Positions 25,586-39,998 of a DNA stretch of 64,000 nucleotides are shown piece after piece. Where the stretch lies: assembly GCF_030028105.1 (NCBI RefSeq), contig NC_092374.1, positions 57,669,016-57,733,015 on the forward strand. The letters run 5' to 3'. How positions within the stretch are numbered: the first letter of the stretch is position 1; every line of letters starts with the position of its first letter. The notes below the pieces were generated by a model, which saw only the letters and a program-made list of their open reading frames with translations, searched no databases and was not told the DNA's origin. This stretch comes from Mobula birostris (Eukaryota). The translations under genes and the position numbers were made by a program.

Positions 25586-28500
25586 TTGGGGGGTGGGAAT
25601 CAAATTAAAGAGGCTAGGCGAGAGGAGGTTAGTTCACAACAGGGGGATGGGAACCAGTGCAGAGAGACAGAGGGGTGTAAAGTGAGGGTAGAAGCAAAAA
25701 GTACTAGGGAGAAAAGTAAAAGTGGCAGGCCGACAAATCCAGGGCAAGCATTAAAAAGGGCCACTTTTCAGCATAATTGTATAAGGGCTAAGAGAGTTGT
25801 AAAAGAGCGCCTGAAGGCTTTGTGTGTCAATGCAAGGAGCATTCGTAATAAGGTGGATGAATTGAAAGTGCAGATTGTTATTAATGATTATGATATAGTT
25901 GGGATCACAGAGACATGGCTTCAGGGTGACCAGGGATGGGAGCTCAACGTTCAGGGATATTCAATATTCAGGAGGGATAGGCATGAAGGAAGGGGAGGTG
26001 GGGTGGCGTTGCTGGTTAAAGAAGAGATTAACGCAATAGAAAGGAAGGACATAAGCCGGGAAGATGTGGAATCGATATGGGTAGAGCTGCGTAACACTAA
26101 GGGGCAGAAGACGCTGGTGGGAGTTGTGTACAGGCCACCTAACAGTAGTAGTGAGGTCGGAGATGGTATTAAACAGGAAATTAGAAATGTGTGCAATAAA
26201 GGAACAGCAGTTATAATGGGTGACTTCAATCTACATGTAGATTGGGTGAACCAAATTGGTAAAGGTGCTGAGGAAGAGGATTTCTTGGAATGTATGCGGG
26301 ATGGTTTTTTGAACCAACATGTCGAGGAACCAACTAGGGAGCAGGCTATTCTGGACTGGGTTCTGAGCAATGAGGAAGGGTTAATTAGCAATCTTGTCGT
26401 GAGAGGCCCCTTGGGTAAGAGTGACCATAATAGGGTGGAATTCTTCATTAAGATGGAGAGTGACATAGTTAATTCAGAAACAAAGGTTCTGAATTTAAAG
26501 AGGGGTAACTTTGAAGGTATGAGACGTGAATTAGCTGAGATAGACTGGCAAATGACACTTAAAGGATTGACGGTGGATATGCAATGGCAAGCATTTAAAG
26601 GTTGCATGGATGCTACAACGATTGTTCATCCCAGTTTGGCAAAAGAATAAATCAAGGAAGGTAGTGCACCCGTGGCTGACAAGAGAAATTAGGGATAGTA
26701 TCAATTCCAAAGAAGAAGCATACAAATTAGCCAGAGAAAGTTGCTCACCTGAGGACTGGGAGAAATTCAGAGTTCGGCAGAGGAGGACAAAGGGCTTAAT
26801 TAGAAAGGGGAAAAAAGATTATGAGAGAAAACTGGCAGGGAACATAAAAACGGACTGTAAAAGCTTTTATAGATATGTAAAAAGGGAAAGACTGGTAAAG
26901 ACAAATGTAGGTCCCCTGCAGACAGAAACAGGTGAATTGATTATGGGGAGCAAGGACATGGCAGACCAATTGAATAATTACTTTGGTTCTGTCTTCACTA
27001 AGGAGGACATAAATAATATTCCAGAAATAGTAGGGGACAGAGGGTCCAGTGAGATGGAGGAACTGAGCGAAATACATGTTAGTAGGGAAGTGCTGTTAGT
27101 TAAATTGAAGGGATTGAAGGCAGATAAATCCCCAGGGCCAGATGGTCTGCATCCTAGAGTGCTTAAGGAAGTAGCCCAAGAAATAGTGGATGCATTAGTG
27201 ATAATTTTTCAAAACTCGTTAGATTCTGGACTAGTTCCTGAGGATTGGAGGGTGGCTAATGTAACCCCACTTTTTAGAAAAGGAGGGAGAGAGAAACCGG
27301 GGAATTATAGACCAGTTAGCCTAACGTCAGTGGTGGGGAAACTGCTGGAGTCAGTTATCAAGGATGTGATAACAGCACATTTGGAAAGTGGTGAAATGAT
27401 CGGACAAAGTCAGCATGGATTTGTGAAAGGAAAATCATGTCTGATGAATCTCATAGAATTTTTTGAGGATGTAACTAGTAGAGTGGATAGGGGAGAACCA
27501 GTGGATGTGGTATATTTGGATTTTCAAAAGGCTTTTGACAAGGTCCCACACAGGAGATTAGTGTGCAAACTTAAAGCACACGGTATTGGAGGTAAGGTAT
27601 TGATGTGGATGGAGAATTGGTTAGCAGACAGGAAGCAAAGAGTGGGAATAAAGGGGACCCTTTCAGAATGGCAGGCAGTGACTAGTGGGGTACCGCAAGG
27701 CTCAGTGCTGGGACCCCAGTTGTTTACAATATATATTAATGACTTGGATGAGGGAATTAAATGCAGCATCTCCAAGTTTGTGGATGACACGAAGCTGGGT
27801 GGCAGTGTTAGCTGTGAGGAGGATGCTAAGAGGATGCAGAGTGACTTGGATGGGTTGGGTGAGTGGGCAAATTCATGGCAGATGCAATTTAATGTGGATA
27901 AATGTGAAGTTATCCACTTTGGTGGCAAAAATAGGAAAACAGATTATTATCTGAATGGTGGCCGATTAGGAAAAGGGGAGGTGCAACGAGATCTGGGTGT
28001 CATTATACACCAGTCATTGAAAGTGGGCATGCAGGTACAGCAGGCAGTGAAAAAGGCGAATGGTATGCTGGCATTTATAGCGAGAGGATTCGAGTACAAG
28101 AGCAGGGAGGTACTACTGCAGTTGTACAAGGCCTTGGTGAGACCACACCTGGAGTATTGTGTGCAGTTTTGGAAAAACATCCTTGCCATAGAGGGAGTAC
28201 AAAGAAGGTTCACCAGATTGATTCCTGGGATGGCAGGACTTTCATATGAAGAAAGACTGGATGAACTGGGCTTGTACTCGTTGGAATTTAGAAGATTGAG
28301 GGGGGATCTGATTGAAACGTATAAAATCCTAAAGGGATTGGACAGGCTAGATGCAGGAAGATTGTTCCCGATGTTGGGGAAGTCCAGAACGAGGGGTCAC
28401 AGTTTGAGGATAAAGGGGAAGCCTTTTAGGACCGAGATTAGGAAAAACTTCTTCACACAGAGAGTGGTGAATCTGTGGAATTCTCTGCCACAGGAAACAG

Positions 28501-28601
28501 TTGAGGCCGGTTCATTGGCTATATTTAAGAGGGAGTTAGATATGGGCCTTGTGGCTACGGCGATCAGGGGGTATGGAGGGAAGGCTGGGGCGGGGTTCTG
28601 A
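25586..28601 (+). pseudogene. CR1 ORF2 (APE endonuclease plus reverse transcriptase), frameshifted near 26610
   Basis: NARSI, GITETW, GDFN and SDH APE motifs; NYRPVSLTS, YLDFQKAFD, GVPQGSVLGP and FVDD RT motifs; split into two overlapping ORFs. Confidence 0.9.
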
Positions 28602-29334
28602 GTTGGATGATCAGCCATGATCATAATAAATCGCGGTGCAGGCTCGAAGGGCCGAATGGCCTACTCCTGCACCTATTTTCTATGTTTCTTCCAGAATATG
28701 CTTAAAACAAACTGGGCAGATCCATTACAGTGAAGCTTGGTAGCAAAAAGGAGAAAGGAATTAAAAAGGCCAATGTGAAGGGGCTTGAAGCAGTTGATTT
28801 GATACACAAATAGTAGGATAATTAAGTTGAACTGAATAGCTTGTTTTTGCAATGTAGGTTCAACGTATAAAGAATTGTTTTAAAATACATCATAGTTATG
28901 TCATAATGTACAACCTTATTTACATCCCAAAATCTTATCATTCATTGTATTTATAAAATCAAATGTACTGATTACCCACCTACTCCAGAAAGAGAAATAA
29001 TTAAATATATTACACTCAGTTGATCCACTAGAATAAACTAAAGCTTCAACAATCTAATAAATAATTCACCCAAATCCTTAGCTGGATATGTGCATTCACC
29101 CATTCCAGTGTATAACTAAGTAAAGTTGACCAGCTATCAAACCACAATATATTTCCAATTATTTATTTCTGAGATTATGATGCAAGCTTGGAAACTGAGT
29201 ATTTTAAAATCCCATCAATGTAAGTTGTGAAATTGAATTTGCTAATATTGGTGACATTCTCAACAAGAAGGTGACATGGATATTGGATTTTCATGAAAAT
29301 GATTTATTTATTTTGTTTATTGAGATACAGTGCA

Positions 29335-29555
29335 CGCAGAGTAGGCTCTTCCAACCCTTCGGGCCAAGCTGCCCAGCAATCCCCAATTTAATCCTAGCCT
29401 AATCACAGAACTTTTTAAGCTACCAACCGGAGCACCCAGAGGAAACCCACCTGGTCACGGGGCGAACGTATAAACTCCTTATAAGCAGCAGCAGAAATGA
29501 ACCCAGGTCGCTGGTATCATGAAGTGCAGTGCTAACCACTATGCACCATGCCACC
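29335..29555 (-). mobile_element. HE1/V-SINE-like tRNA-derived SINE
   Basis: Minus strand: ggcatggtgcatagtggttagcact...ggttcatt head and gtgggtttcctctgggtgctccggt V-domain-like core. Confidence 0.7.
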
Positions 29556-30544
29556 CAAATAATACTGGTTCATCCAAGTCAGGTAAGGGAACCTATGATA
29601 CCAGAGGTGGCATAAAAAACTACTGTACTTTATCAGATTTACTCAAAGTGTGATTGAGTAACATAGTTGCACTAACAATCACAATGAAGCACAATAGAAC
29701 ATAGCCCAATAACACCAATACAGAGTAAAAACATGCACTAAATATGCCCTGCCAATTTTATACAAATGGATCAGTACAGCAGCTAACATGATCAAAGATC
29801 CCCACCAACCTTGGCCATTGTCTCTTCTCTCCTTTCCCATCAGGTGGTAGATAGAAAAGCTTGAAAGCAAGTACCAACAGGTTCAAGGACAGCTTCTATC
29901 ACGCTGTAATCAGACATTTGAACATAGCTCTTGTATGACAAGATGGATTCTAGCCTCACAATCTACTATACTATGATCTTGCACTTTATAATCTACACTG
30001 CACTTTTTCTATAGCTTTGACATTTTATTTTTAATTGTTATTGTTTTACCTTGTTCTACCTCAATACGCTCCTGTGATGATTTGATCTATATCAACAGAA
30101 TGCAATTTAAGCTTTTCACTGTATTTCCGTAAAAGTGACAATAATAAACTAGTAATAACGAAAGTAAAGATCACAATACAATAAAAAATTACAGGAAAAT
30201 GCCAGGAGTAAGATTTTTTTAGCTGAAATTTCAGTACTTAAAGTGTATTGACCAATCAGGTTGCCAAAAAGTGCTACTGTTGGATCGAATGAGCTTGCTG
30301 ACAGACAACATTTCCAGTCAATTAACCAATTTCACAAAACATTTAATCCTTTTGTTATAATCAAGTGGTTTTCCTAAAGAATAAAATGACTTCATATCAA
30401 TTCAAAAGGGAAATTGGAAGTTGTTTTTCATTGAAATTTACATTATATTAAAACTGTATAACAAAACTTGAGAGACACTGCAGTCAACGTACCCTCGAAT
30501 TTTCTTTACAGCTATGTGGACCAATCATTGAGTTATAGAGTCAG

Positions 30545-32520
30545 TCGTAGAAAACTACAGCACAGAAACAGGCCCTTTGGCCCATTTAGTCCATGCCAAA
30601 CAGTTTAAACTGCCTAGTCCCATGACCTGCATACAGACCAAAATTCTCCCACCCATGCATCTATCCCAAACTTCTCTTAAACATTGAAAATGAATCCATC
30701 ATTCACCCTGGCCGCCTGCTCCGCACTCTCACCACGCTCTGAGTGAAAAAAGTTTCCCCTCATGTTCTTCTTAATCATTTCACCTTTTAACTTGAACCCT
30801 GCCTCTATCAAATCTCCCCTCAATCTTCAACATTCTGGGGAATAAAGTTCTAACTTATTCAACCTTTCCTTATAACTCAGGTCCTCAAGTCCCAGCAACA
30901 TTCTTGTAATTTTTCTCTGCACTCTTATTTACATTTTTCCTATAGATAAGTAACCAAAACTGCACACAATACTCCATATTAGACTTTATCAACGTCTTAT
31001 ACAACTTCAACATAATATCCCTATGTTTCTACTCAATACTTTGATCCAATGTGCCAAAAGCTTTCTTTACGACACTATCAATGAATTATGGGCCTGTATT
31101 CCGAGATACCTTTGTTTTACTGCTCATGTGTAAGACCTACCCTGGTATGTCCTCCCAAAGTGCAAAACTTCACACTTGTCTGCATTAAGTTCTATCTGCC
31201 ATTTTTCAGCCCATTTTTCCAGCTGGTTCAGATCCCACTTCAAGCTTTAATAGTCTTGCTTGCTATCTACTATACCCCCAATCTTGGTGTCATTCACAAA
31301 TTTGCTGATCCAGTTAAGAATATTATCATCCAGATCGTTAATATAAATGACAAAGAACAGATCCAGCAACACTTCACTAGTCACAGGTATTCAGTAAGAG
31401 AAGCAACCATCTACTACCACCCTCTGGCTTCTCCCGCAGCCTCAGCTTGAATGCCAAGTAACTAAATCTTCTTGACCAACCTCCCATGCGGGAACTTATC
31501 AACTGCCTTGTTGAAGTCCACTTAGATAACACCCACTGCCTTGCCTTCATCAATTTTCCTGGCAACTTCCTCGAAAAACTCTATAAGATTGGTTAGTAAT
31601 GACATATCACACACAAAGCCATGATGACAATCCCTCATCAGTCCCTGTCTATCCAAATTCTCACATATCCAGTCCCTTAGAATACCTTCCAATAACTTTC
31701 CCACTACTAATGTCAGGCTCACAAACCTTCAATTTCCTGGTTTATTTTTACTGCCTTTCTTAAATAGCAGAATGATATTAGCTGTCCTGCAATCCTCTGG
31801 TACCTCACCTGTCACTAAAGATAATTTAAATATCTCTGCTAGGGTCCCTGAAATTTCTGCACTGCCTCCCACAGACTCAGAGCGAACACCTTCTCAGCCC
31901 CCGGGGATTTATCCATCCTAATTTGCCTCAAGAGAACATACACCCCTTCCTTTATAATCTGTATAGAGCCCATGACCTCACTGCTTCTTTGCCTTACTTC
32001 TATAGACTGTGCATCCTTCTCCAGAGTAAATACAGATTATCCATTTAAAACCTCCACCATCTCTTTTGGCTCCATGCATAGATTACCACTCTGATCATCC
32101 AGAGGATCAATTTTGTCCTTTGCAATCCTTTTGTTCTTAACATATCTGTGGATGGCCTTACAATTCTCCTTCACCTTGTCTGCTAGAGCAACCTCATGCC
32201 TGCTTTTAGTCCTTCTAATTTCCTTTTTAAGTGTTCTTCTGCATTTCTTATACTCAAGTACTTCATTTATTCCGATCTGCATGCACCTGCTACCTCCTTT
32301 TTTCCTTAACCAGGACCTCAAAATTGCTTGAAAACCAAGATTCCCTACACCCATTATCCTTGCTTTTTATTCTGACATGTACAAGCTTTGTACTCTCAAA
32401 ATTTCTCTTTTCAAGGCCTCCCACTTACCAACTACACCTTTATCAGAAAAGAGCCAATCCATACTTGCCGGATTCTTTCTGAAACTATCAAAATTGTCCT
32501 TTCTGCAATTTAGAATCATT
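30545..32520 (-). mobile_element. CR1 LINE 3' portion, decayed
   Basis: SLT.VVGKLLE, HGFV and TNLIEFFEEV motifs; same subfamily as 10845-13240. Confidence 0.8.
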
Positions 32521-32871
32521 AAACACTGACAATGTAATTACGTTGGAGCACTAAAATGCTTCAAAGTAAAGTTGCGATCAATTTATTGTTCACAAAATTT
32601 ATGGATTATATTCATTAACACAATAAATTACAAGGTATTTCCTAATTATACGAACATAGATTTTCAAAATTATATTAGCATAATTACAAAATTATATTAA
32701 AATTATGTAAAAAATGTCAGCTGCTCGGCAGGAAAGGCTACATGTGTGGGAACATTTCAGTTACTAAGCAGTCCCACACCTGCACAGCTTAGAGGGAACA
32801 GTGATTATTACACACAAAGATTAAATGATGCAGTTCAGACAAATGTGTTTTTACAATTAAAGTCAACTTAC

Positions 32872-33046
32872 CAAACATGTGAAAATTGTTCTAAGCCCAT
32901 GAGTGAATGCTCCGCATTAGTAAAAACAGTCTTGCTAATTTTAAGTCGTGCACGAGACAAACCACAAACTGTTGGTTGCCGAGGTGTGCCATTTTTGGCA
33001 AAGAAGCAGGATTCAATGTATCCTATGGGTGTAGTTTGAATGTTTC
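32872..33046 (-). CDS. TRMO: TRMO coding exon 3 (GNIQTTPIGYIESCFFAKNGTPRQP...LEQFSHVW)
   Basis: Translation matches the TsaA/TRMO N-terminal motifs GY.ESCF..KNGTPRQP and HSLMGLEQFSHVW; gaag| acceptor and |gtaagt donor. Confidence 0.96.
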
Positions 33047-33112
33047 CTTCAAAATGACCAAAACATACTTGTTGGTTTCATGACATGAGTAAGAAACTAC
33101 AATGAAATTATA

Positions 33113-33383
33113 CTATACTTAATTCTGCTATAACACTTTTCCATGATGCAAATTGGATATAAAGCAAATGATGAATTGGGGAACACCATATGTATTTTGC
33201 AGACCTAATTGGTTATAATACTATTTCATTCGGGAACTAAACCCCAGTAATCAGTCTGTTAGGAACATAGTATGCCAGTTTCACCATGGGAGACCTTTTG
33301 ACAGTTACTTTGGAAATTGACAGGCAATTGCTTTTATTGGTACTTAGAAATACAATTATAGTGTAATAGCAGAACCACCTGTA
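33113..33383. mobile_element. Probable TA-flanked MITE
   Basis: ttctgctataacac / gtgtaatagcagaa inverted termini. Confidence 0.45.
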
Positions 33384-35384
33384 CTTCCATTTCTAATCAG
33401 CAGGTCTGGGGAAAAATGCTTATTATATGTTGACTTGAAGTATAAGCAGACTTTTATGCAATAAAGCTACTTACCAATGCTATCAGTAACCAAAGAGATA
33501 TAACTTGGCAATTTATTTATCACTTACATCATGGGTAAAGCCCTCCAAACCATTGAGATATCTACATGAAATGCTGTCATAGGAAGGCAGCATCCATCAT
33601 CAGAGATCCCCCACCACCCAAGTCACACTCTCTTCTTGCTGCTGTCATCGGGTAGAAGTACAAGAGCCTCAGGACTCTCCGACTCTCCCCACCAGGTTCA
33701 CAAACAGTTACTGGAATAAAAGGGAATAACTACACTCATTTGTTCCATCATTGAAATGTTCCTACATGAGATAATGAGATAAAGGATTCAATCTCGTTAT
33801 CTCACGTTCTCCTTATTTATTGCTATTTATTCATATTTGCATTTGCACAGCTTATTGTCTTCTGCACTCTGACTCTGGTTGACCTTTCAATGATTCTGTT
33901 GCAGTTATTATTCTATAGATTTGCTGAGTATGCCCACGGGAAAATGAATCTCAGGGTTATATAGGGTGACATACTTGTACTTTGATAATAAAAATGACTT
34001 TACTTTTAACTTTATATATGAAAGTAAATTATCATTGACCAACAGGTATGGAATTTTATAACTGCAGCTGCATACAAAGTTTCTCCAAATTGAAAACTTT
34101 ACATTTTTACATCTCTGTAAGGCCATGTCAAATTTGTTACAATTTGTTCAGTAAATGTGATTCAAGAATGTATTTTCATTAGAACCACAAAAACACACCC
34201 TCATTTCAATCTTCTATTTTCACCTGGCTTTCTAATTCAGTTCATTTTATAGATTTAATAACTGTCACTCATTGCTGTATTTTGAAATCACGTTCACACA
34301 AAGTAAAAGCTTCCACCAATGTTTATACAATAGGTTCCCAGGTTTGGACAGGTTCTATTCCTGAGAACTGTTCGTACATTGGAAATAAGCAAAATTTGTG
34401 TGTGGGATAGGACCTGCTGTGGTTCAGGAAGAGTGACAGCTGGCCAGCCTCAACAACTCAGTGAGTGAGTCTGCTCAATGCTCAACTTAGCTTAGTTCGA
34501 CAGCTGAGTTGTTGCTGCTCAGGAAGGGTTGCTGAGAGAAGCCATGCAAAAAATGACCTGTTCCCACTCAGCAGAAGTTACCCACAGCCAGAAAAATGTA
34601 GGCCCATCCATCCCGCCAGTCCCACAAATGCTGATATGTATGGGAAATCCACTAAATTGAGTATTCATAACTCAGTGAGGACCCATATCCTAAAGTTATA
34701 ATCTAGGACCACTAAATCAATAAACTTAACCAAACACTACATGTGCCCTCAGACAATTATTATTTTGATACCCAAAAATCACTATCAGAGTCCTGGTTCA
34801 CCCAAGGCATGTGATACGTGACTACGCCACCCAGGATTTAAGAGCCACCACTAACATCCAAAGTACTTTCAAATGTATAACATCATTTATTAAATAAGAG
34901 CTTACCCAGCCTAATGCAACCCAACCCATACTCAAGGACATCATTTTCTTCAAAATCAACCCAACCTAAATCTTATACATGCAGTTTCCTCTCGCTAGAT
35001 CCTAATTCCTTATTTAGTCGTTCTTTGAACAGAGGCAGAATGGCATAGGACAAAGGACACCATGATAACCCTGCTGTATAGAATTTTATTCTGGTACTTG
35101 AAAAAGAACCAGTAGTTCTCAATTCAAGTACAAAGACGTATTACTTCAGCAATCAAACCCACTTCAGCAACATAGACAAATACCATCTGAAATGAAACAA
35201 AAAATGCTGTGAAACTCAGCAAGTCAGAGAGTGTTTACATAAAGAAAATTTGTCAATGTTTCATGTCTTGGCCATTCATCAAAATTTTAAAAAAGGGGTG
35301 CCAGTTAAATTATAATTTGGAGAGAAAGCATGGGAGGGATAGGTAGAACAAGTCAAGAGTTAAAAGGACATAATGGCAATAGTT

Positions 35385-35580
35385 AGCCGGCCAGTGGTGA
35401 AGTGGCATCAGCACTGGACTTCAAGGCGAATAGTCCCAGGTTTGAATATGGTCAACTCTTTGCATGCTCTCCATCCATGCTGGATTGAACATTCAGCTAG
35501 CAACTAGGGCTCATAAAAAAAGTCAAATGCTACAGGAATGGCTGCCCATGTGTCAGAAGGCACGAAAAACAAACAACAAT
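35385..35580 (+). mobile_element. tRNA-derived SINE
   Basis: A-box-like TGGTGAAGTGG and B-box-like GGTTTGAAT; (AAC/AAT) tail; related decayed copy at about 23215-23400. Confidence 0.6.
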
Positions 35581-36542
35581 AATAGCAATAGTTACTATGC
35601 ATAAAGCTTCTTGTACTGTGCAATGAGTTGTTAAATGTAAGGCACTGAGACCACCTAGTAGGTTTAACTATTACAGAAGGTTAAGAAAAACCAAGCCCAT
35701 TGCCTGTTTATTATTTCAGTAATATTGTAAAGACAGACGCATTCGACTGCACAACAGGTAACTGGGTGATGCATACTGAACAAATTGATCAGTATTTTAA
35801 AGAAAATCGAATAGCCGATGAGAAATGAGTGCCAGTTTTGCTAAGTGCAATTACCTAGGCGTTTGACTGCTCCAACCAAACCAGACAAAGTGAGTTTTGC
35901 TGATATCGTGAACATAACAGAGGAACGTTTAGAACTGAAACCATTGTTGATTGCACAATGCTTTAGGCTTCATAAACAGAATCAAAAGGCAGGAGAGTCC
36001 ATTTCAGTTTACATGAATTGAAGAAGTTTTCTGAGCACTGTCAGTTCAATAATGGGCTTAATGATGCACTCAGAGATCACTTGTCGAATCTTACAAGAAA
36101 GCAATCAAAAACTGCTCTGAACTGAAACATTTAAAAGAGCAGTTGAAATCACTGTATCAATAGAAACAACAGCCAGAGATGCAATTGAGTTGCAGTCAAG
36201 AATGAAAGTAAGCATGAACAAAATTGCAATGGCTAAACAGAAACTGTCCTGGCTGAACTAAATGTGTTGTTGTTGTGGCAGGGGCTCACAAACACCAGCC
36301 CAATACAGGTTACATACTAAAAGCAGGTCGGACAGACAAAAATAAATGGACTGCACAGAGGAGAGAAAAAGATAAAATAAAAATCAAGTTGCAGTTTCAA
36401 AAAGAGCACTAAATCTGCATGCCATTGATGAAAAGTCTGATAATGATGAAAGTGACACAGGACTGACAGCCTAGAGACTTACAATGTGAAATCGGACAGG
36501 AGACAAGCAATGTGGCCAGAAGTGAACGGCATATTCATCAAA

Positions 36543-36747
36543 CGCAAACACGAGGAAATCTGCAGATGCTGGAGATTCAAGCAACACACACAAAAAATAC
36601 TGGTGAACGCAGCAGGCCAAGCAGCATCTATAGGAAGAGGTACAGTCAATGTTTCGGGCCGAGACCACTTTTCCCGAAATGTCAACTATACCTCTTCCTA
36701 TAGATGCTGCCTGGCCTGTTGTGTTCACCAGTATTTTTTGTGTGTGT
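36543..36747. mobile_element. Penelope-derived fold-back element inserted in Gypsy remnant
   Basis: Inverted arms of about 90 bp; 15-bp TSD GGCATATTCATCAAA at 36528-36542 and 36748-36762. Confidence 0.88.
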
Positions 36748-36879
36748 GGCATATTCATCAAAATGGAATTGGACACTGGCTCAACTAAGAATTTATACTG
36801 GAGACAAGATAACTCCTGAGGGAATGACAGCTCTAACTGTGAAATAAAACAACCCACAACTGTGTTGCCACCCACAGCT

Positions 36880-37705
36880 CTAAGCTGCTAATTAAATTTG
36901 GGAATGACACTACATTGATTGGCCTAATTGCAAACAACAACGAGGTGGCCTACAGGGAAGAAGTCATCACTCTGACACAGTGATGTCATGAAAACAATCT
37001 CTCCCTGAATGTCACAAAAACAAAGGAGCTAGTTGTGGATTACAGGAGGAATCCCTATTAACCCCAATTAACATCAATGGCTCTGGTGTTGAGAGGGTAA
37101 ACAGCTTCAAGTTCCTCGGCATCCACATCACCAAGGATCTCACATGGTCTATACACACCAGATGTGTTGTGAAAAAGGCACAACAGCGCCTCATGTTGAG
37201 GAAGTTTGGTATGGGCCCCCAAATCCTAAGAACTTTCTACAGGGGCACAATTGAGAGCATTCTGACTGGCTGCATCACGGCCTGGTATGGGAACTGTACC
37301 TCCCTTAATCGCAGGATTCTGCAGAGTGTGGTGCGGACAGCCCAACGCATCTGTAGTTGTGAACTTCCCCTGATTCAGGACATTTAAAAATATAGGTGTG
37401 AAAAAAGGGCCTGAAGGATCATAGGGGACCTGAGTCACCCCAACCATAATCTATTCCAGCAGCTACCATCCGGGAAACGGTACCGCAGCATAAAAGCCAG
37501 GACCAACAGGCTCTGGGACAGCTTCTTCCACCAGGCCATCAGACTGATTAACTCACACTGATTTGAGTGTATTTCTATGTCACACTGACTGTTCTATTTA
37601 TTATAAATTACTATGTTTGCACATTGCACATTTTGGCAGAGACATAAGGTAAAGTCTTAACTCCTCATGTATGTGAAGGATGTAAGAAATAAAGTCAATT
37701 CAATT
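36880..37705 (+). mobile_element. Rex1/Babar-like LINE 3' portion
   Basis: FYRGTIESILTGCITAWYG; tail aataaagtcaattcaattca shared with 51160-52625. Confidence 0.8.
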
Positions 37706-39998
37706 CATTTCAACCAATGAACCACATTGGGCTTGTATGTGGTACAAACAGGAGGGTCAGAATTGTGGGGCATTGAATGGCTGAGACAACTACAACTTGA
37801 TTGGAGATCCATCCACTATTTGCATGCCACATCCACTGCAAGAATCAGCTGAAAGGGAATTAATTAAGGTACTGGTTCCTTAGATAATCTGTGATAATGC
37901 AGCCAGTGAACTAGATAGTATGGAGGCTGGAGGAATTCTCTTCAATGTTGAGTGGAGCCCATGGGCAACGCCAGTGATTCCAGTAGCTAAGAAAAATGTA
38001 TCTGTCAAAATCTGTAACTATTTTAAGGTCACCATCAACTCATTATTGAAAGTAGATCAATACTCTCTGCCCAGGATAGAGGATATCTTTGCAAAGCTTT
38101 CTGGAGGGAAACTTTTCAACAACGTAGACTTAGCTCGGTTAGCTGAGGCTTACCTACAGATGGAGATGGAAGAAGGGTCCAACAAATTTCAAACCATAAA
38201 CACTCACAAAGGGCTATAATGGGCTTATTTTTGGAATAGCATCTGTACTCTGGCAGAAAGCTATTGACCGGATGCTGTAAGGCTTCCCAGGCAGTGTTAC
38301 CTGGATGACTTCACTATTACTGGTGAGCATGACAAGCAACATCTCCAAAATCTCAAAACAGCATTAAAAAAATTAGTAGATTGTAGGCTCAGAGCACGAT
38401 GCAGCAAGTGATTTTTAAACCAAGCATCACTTCCTGGTCACACCAATGACGCACAAAAATTACACGAGGGCACTGAGAAAATTCAAGCAGTGATTGCTGC
38501 CACAAGGACAAAGGGTGTGTCACAGTTCAAGTGCTTTCTAGGAGAGAGGCCTTCAGCCTGGTTTGGGGTGTAAAACGTTTAAACCAGTATTGTATTGATC
38601 ATTACTGATCATCAATCACAAGTGTCCATTTTCATTCCAGACAGCAGCAACATGAGTGCAGAGATGGGCTCTGTTTTTCTGAGGACACAATTGCAAGAGT
38701 GCATTCAAGAGGACAACTAATCACAGAAATACTGATGGACTGTCCCATTTACGTCTGGATAAGGAAATAGCTGAAATCTTAATCCTCTAGACATAATCTC
38801 CCTATAGTAAATTGAAAGTCTCCTTATTACAGCAGAGATGATCCAGAGGGAAACCAGAAAAGACCCCACATTGTCTCAAGTCTACACGGCAACCCAAAAT
38901 GGCTGGAATGTGCATCAGAAATTTCAGTTCCTCCATTCTTACCAGCACTGGGGTGAACTTCCCCTCGATGGGGTTTCCCTTGCATGGGGATTGAGAGTTG
39001 TTGCACCATCCACGCTGAGAGCTAAGATGATGGAGCAGCCACATGCCTGTCATCTAGACATGGTCAAAGCTCTGTTTGGTGGCCTGGGATAGATCAGCAG
39101 ATCGAGCAGCTTGTCATGCACTGTTCAAGATGTCAACACGTCCAGAAGATGCCAAGAGCACTGCATCTCCATCTCTGGGAATAGAATGATGACTGACAAA
39201 TATTATTTGGTCTGCTCTGATTTTTAAAAACGATAATCCAAAGGCCAGCAGATCAAATAAAAATAATTCACCACAGCCAAAATTAAATTCTACATTAAAG
39301 TTAATAGCTTTTTCATCCCTAGTTATCAAAGTTCGAAGTAAATTTATTATCATCGCATAAATATATACGTCACCATATACAACCGAGATTCTTATTCTTG
39401 TGGGTAGATCAATAAATCTAATAACCATAATAGAATCAATGAGAGACTGCGTCAACAGGGCGGATGTACAACCAATGTGCAAAAGACCACAAACTGTGCA
39501 AATACAAAAAGAAAGAAAAAAAGCAAAAATAATAATAATAAAGAAATGAGCAGTAAATATCAAGAACATGAAGTAATAAGTCCTTGAAAGTGACACCAAG
39601 GTTGTGGGAATAGTTCAGTTGAGTGAAGTTATTCTCTCTGTTTCAAGAGCCTGATGGTTGAGGGTTAGTAACTACTCCTGAACCTGGTAGTGTGAACCCT
39701 GAGGCTCCTGTACCTTCTTCCTGATGGCTGCAGCAAGAAGAGACCAGGCTGATGGGGATCTCTGATAATGGATGCTGCTTTCCTGTGATAACAGTGGCTC
39801 CATCTATGGCCAGCATCCTACAGATACCAAAGACTAATTTTATGACTTATTGAATATGAATCATTCTTTAAAATACTACGAACCATAATGCACCCTAATG
39901 AATGCTTGATAATATTAAATAATGTACTTTTCTACTGCTGCTAAGGAATATAGAGGTTAATTTTCAAATTAGAACTTTAGCTAATTATAATTTCTTAC

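Larger units (their letters stand above)
24248..28690 (+). mobile_element. Near full-length young CR1-clade LINE, antisense in TRMO intron 3
   Basis: 5'UTR with duplicated monomer, ORF1, APE-RT ORF2, and CR1-type 3' end with a (TTCTATGT)-like tail. Confidence 0.95.
35740..39190 (+). mobile_element. Decayed Ty3/Gypsy LTR retrotransposon gag-pol, interrupted by Penelope and Rex1-like insertions
   Basis: WATPVIPV.KK...KIC..FKVTIN..L..DQY.LPRIEDIF, YLDD at about 38298, and IQRETRKDPTL motifs; LTRs not identified. Confidence 0.8.

Noticed and set aside
25046-28624. Long minus-strand ORFs overlapping the CR1
   Set aside because: Antisense shadows of CR1 ORF1/ORF2 with no independent evidence.
24236-28703. 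Target-site duplication of the full-length CR1 (cttcttagaatgtgg vs cttccagaatatgc)
   Set aside because: Too many mismatches for such a young element.
35385-35460. tRNA gene
   Set aside because: A/B boxes are degenerate, no clean cloverleaf, and a SINE-like body follows.
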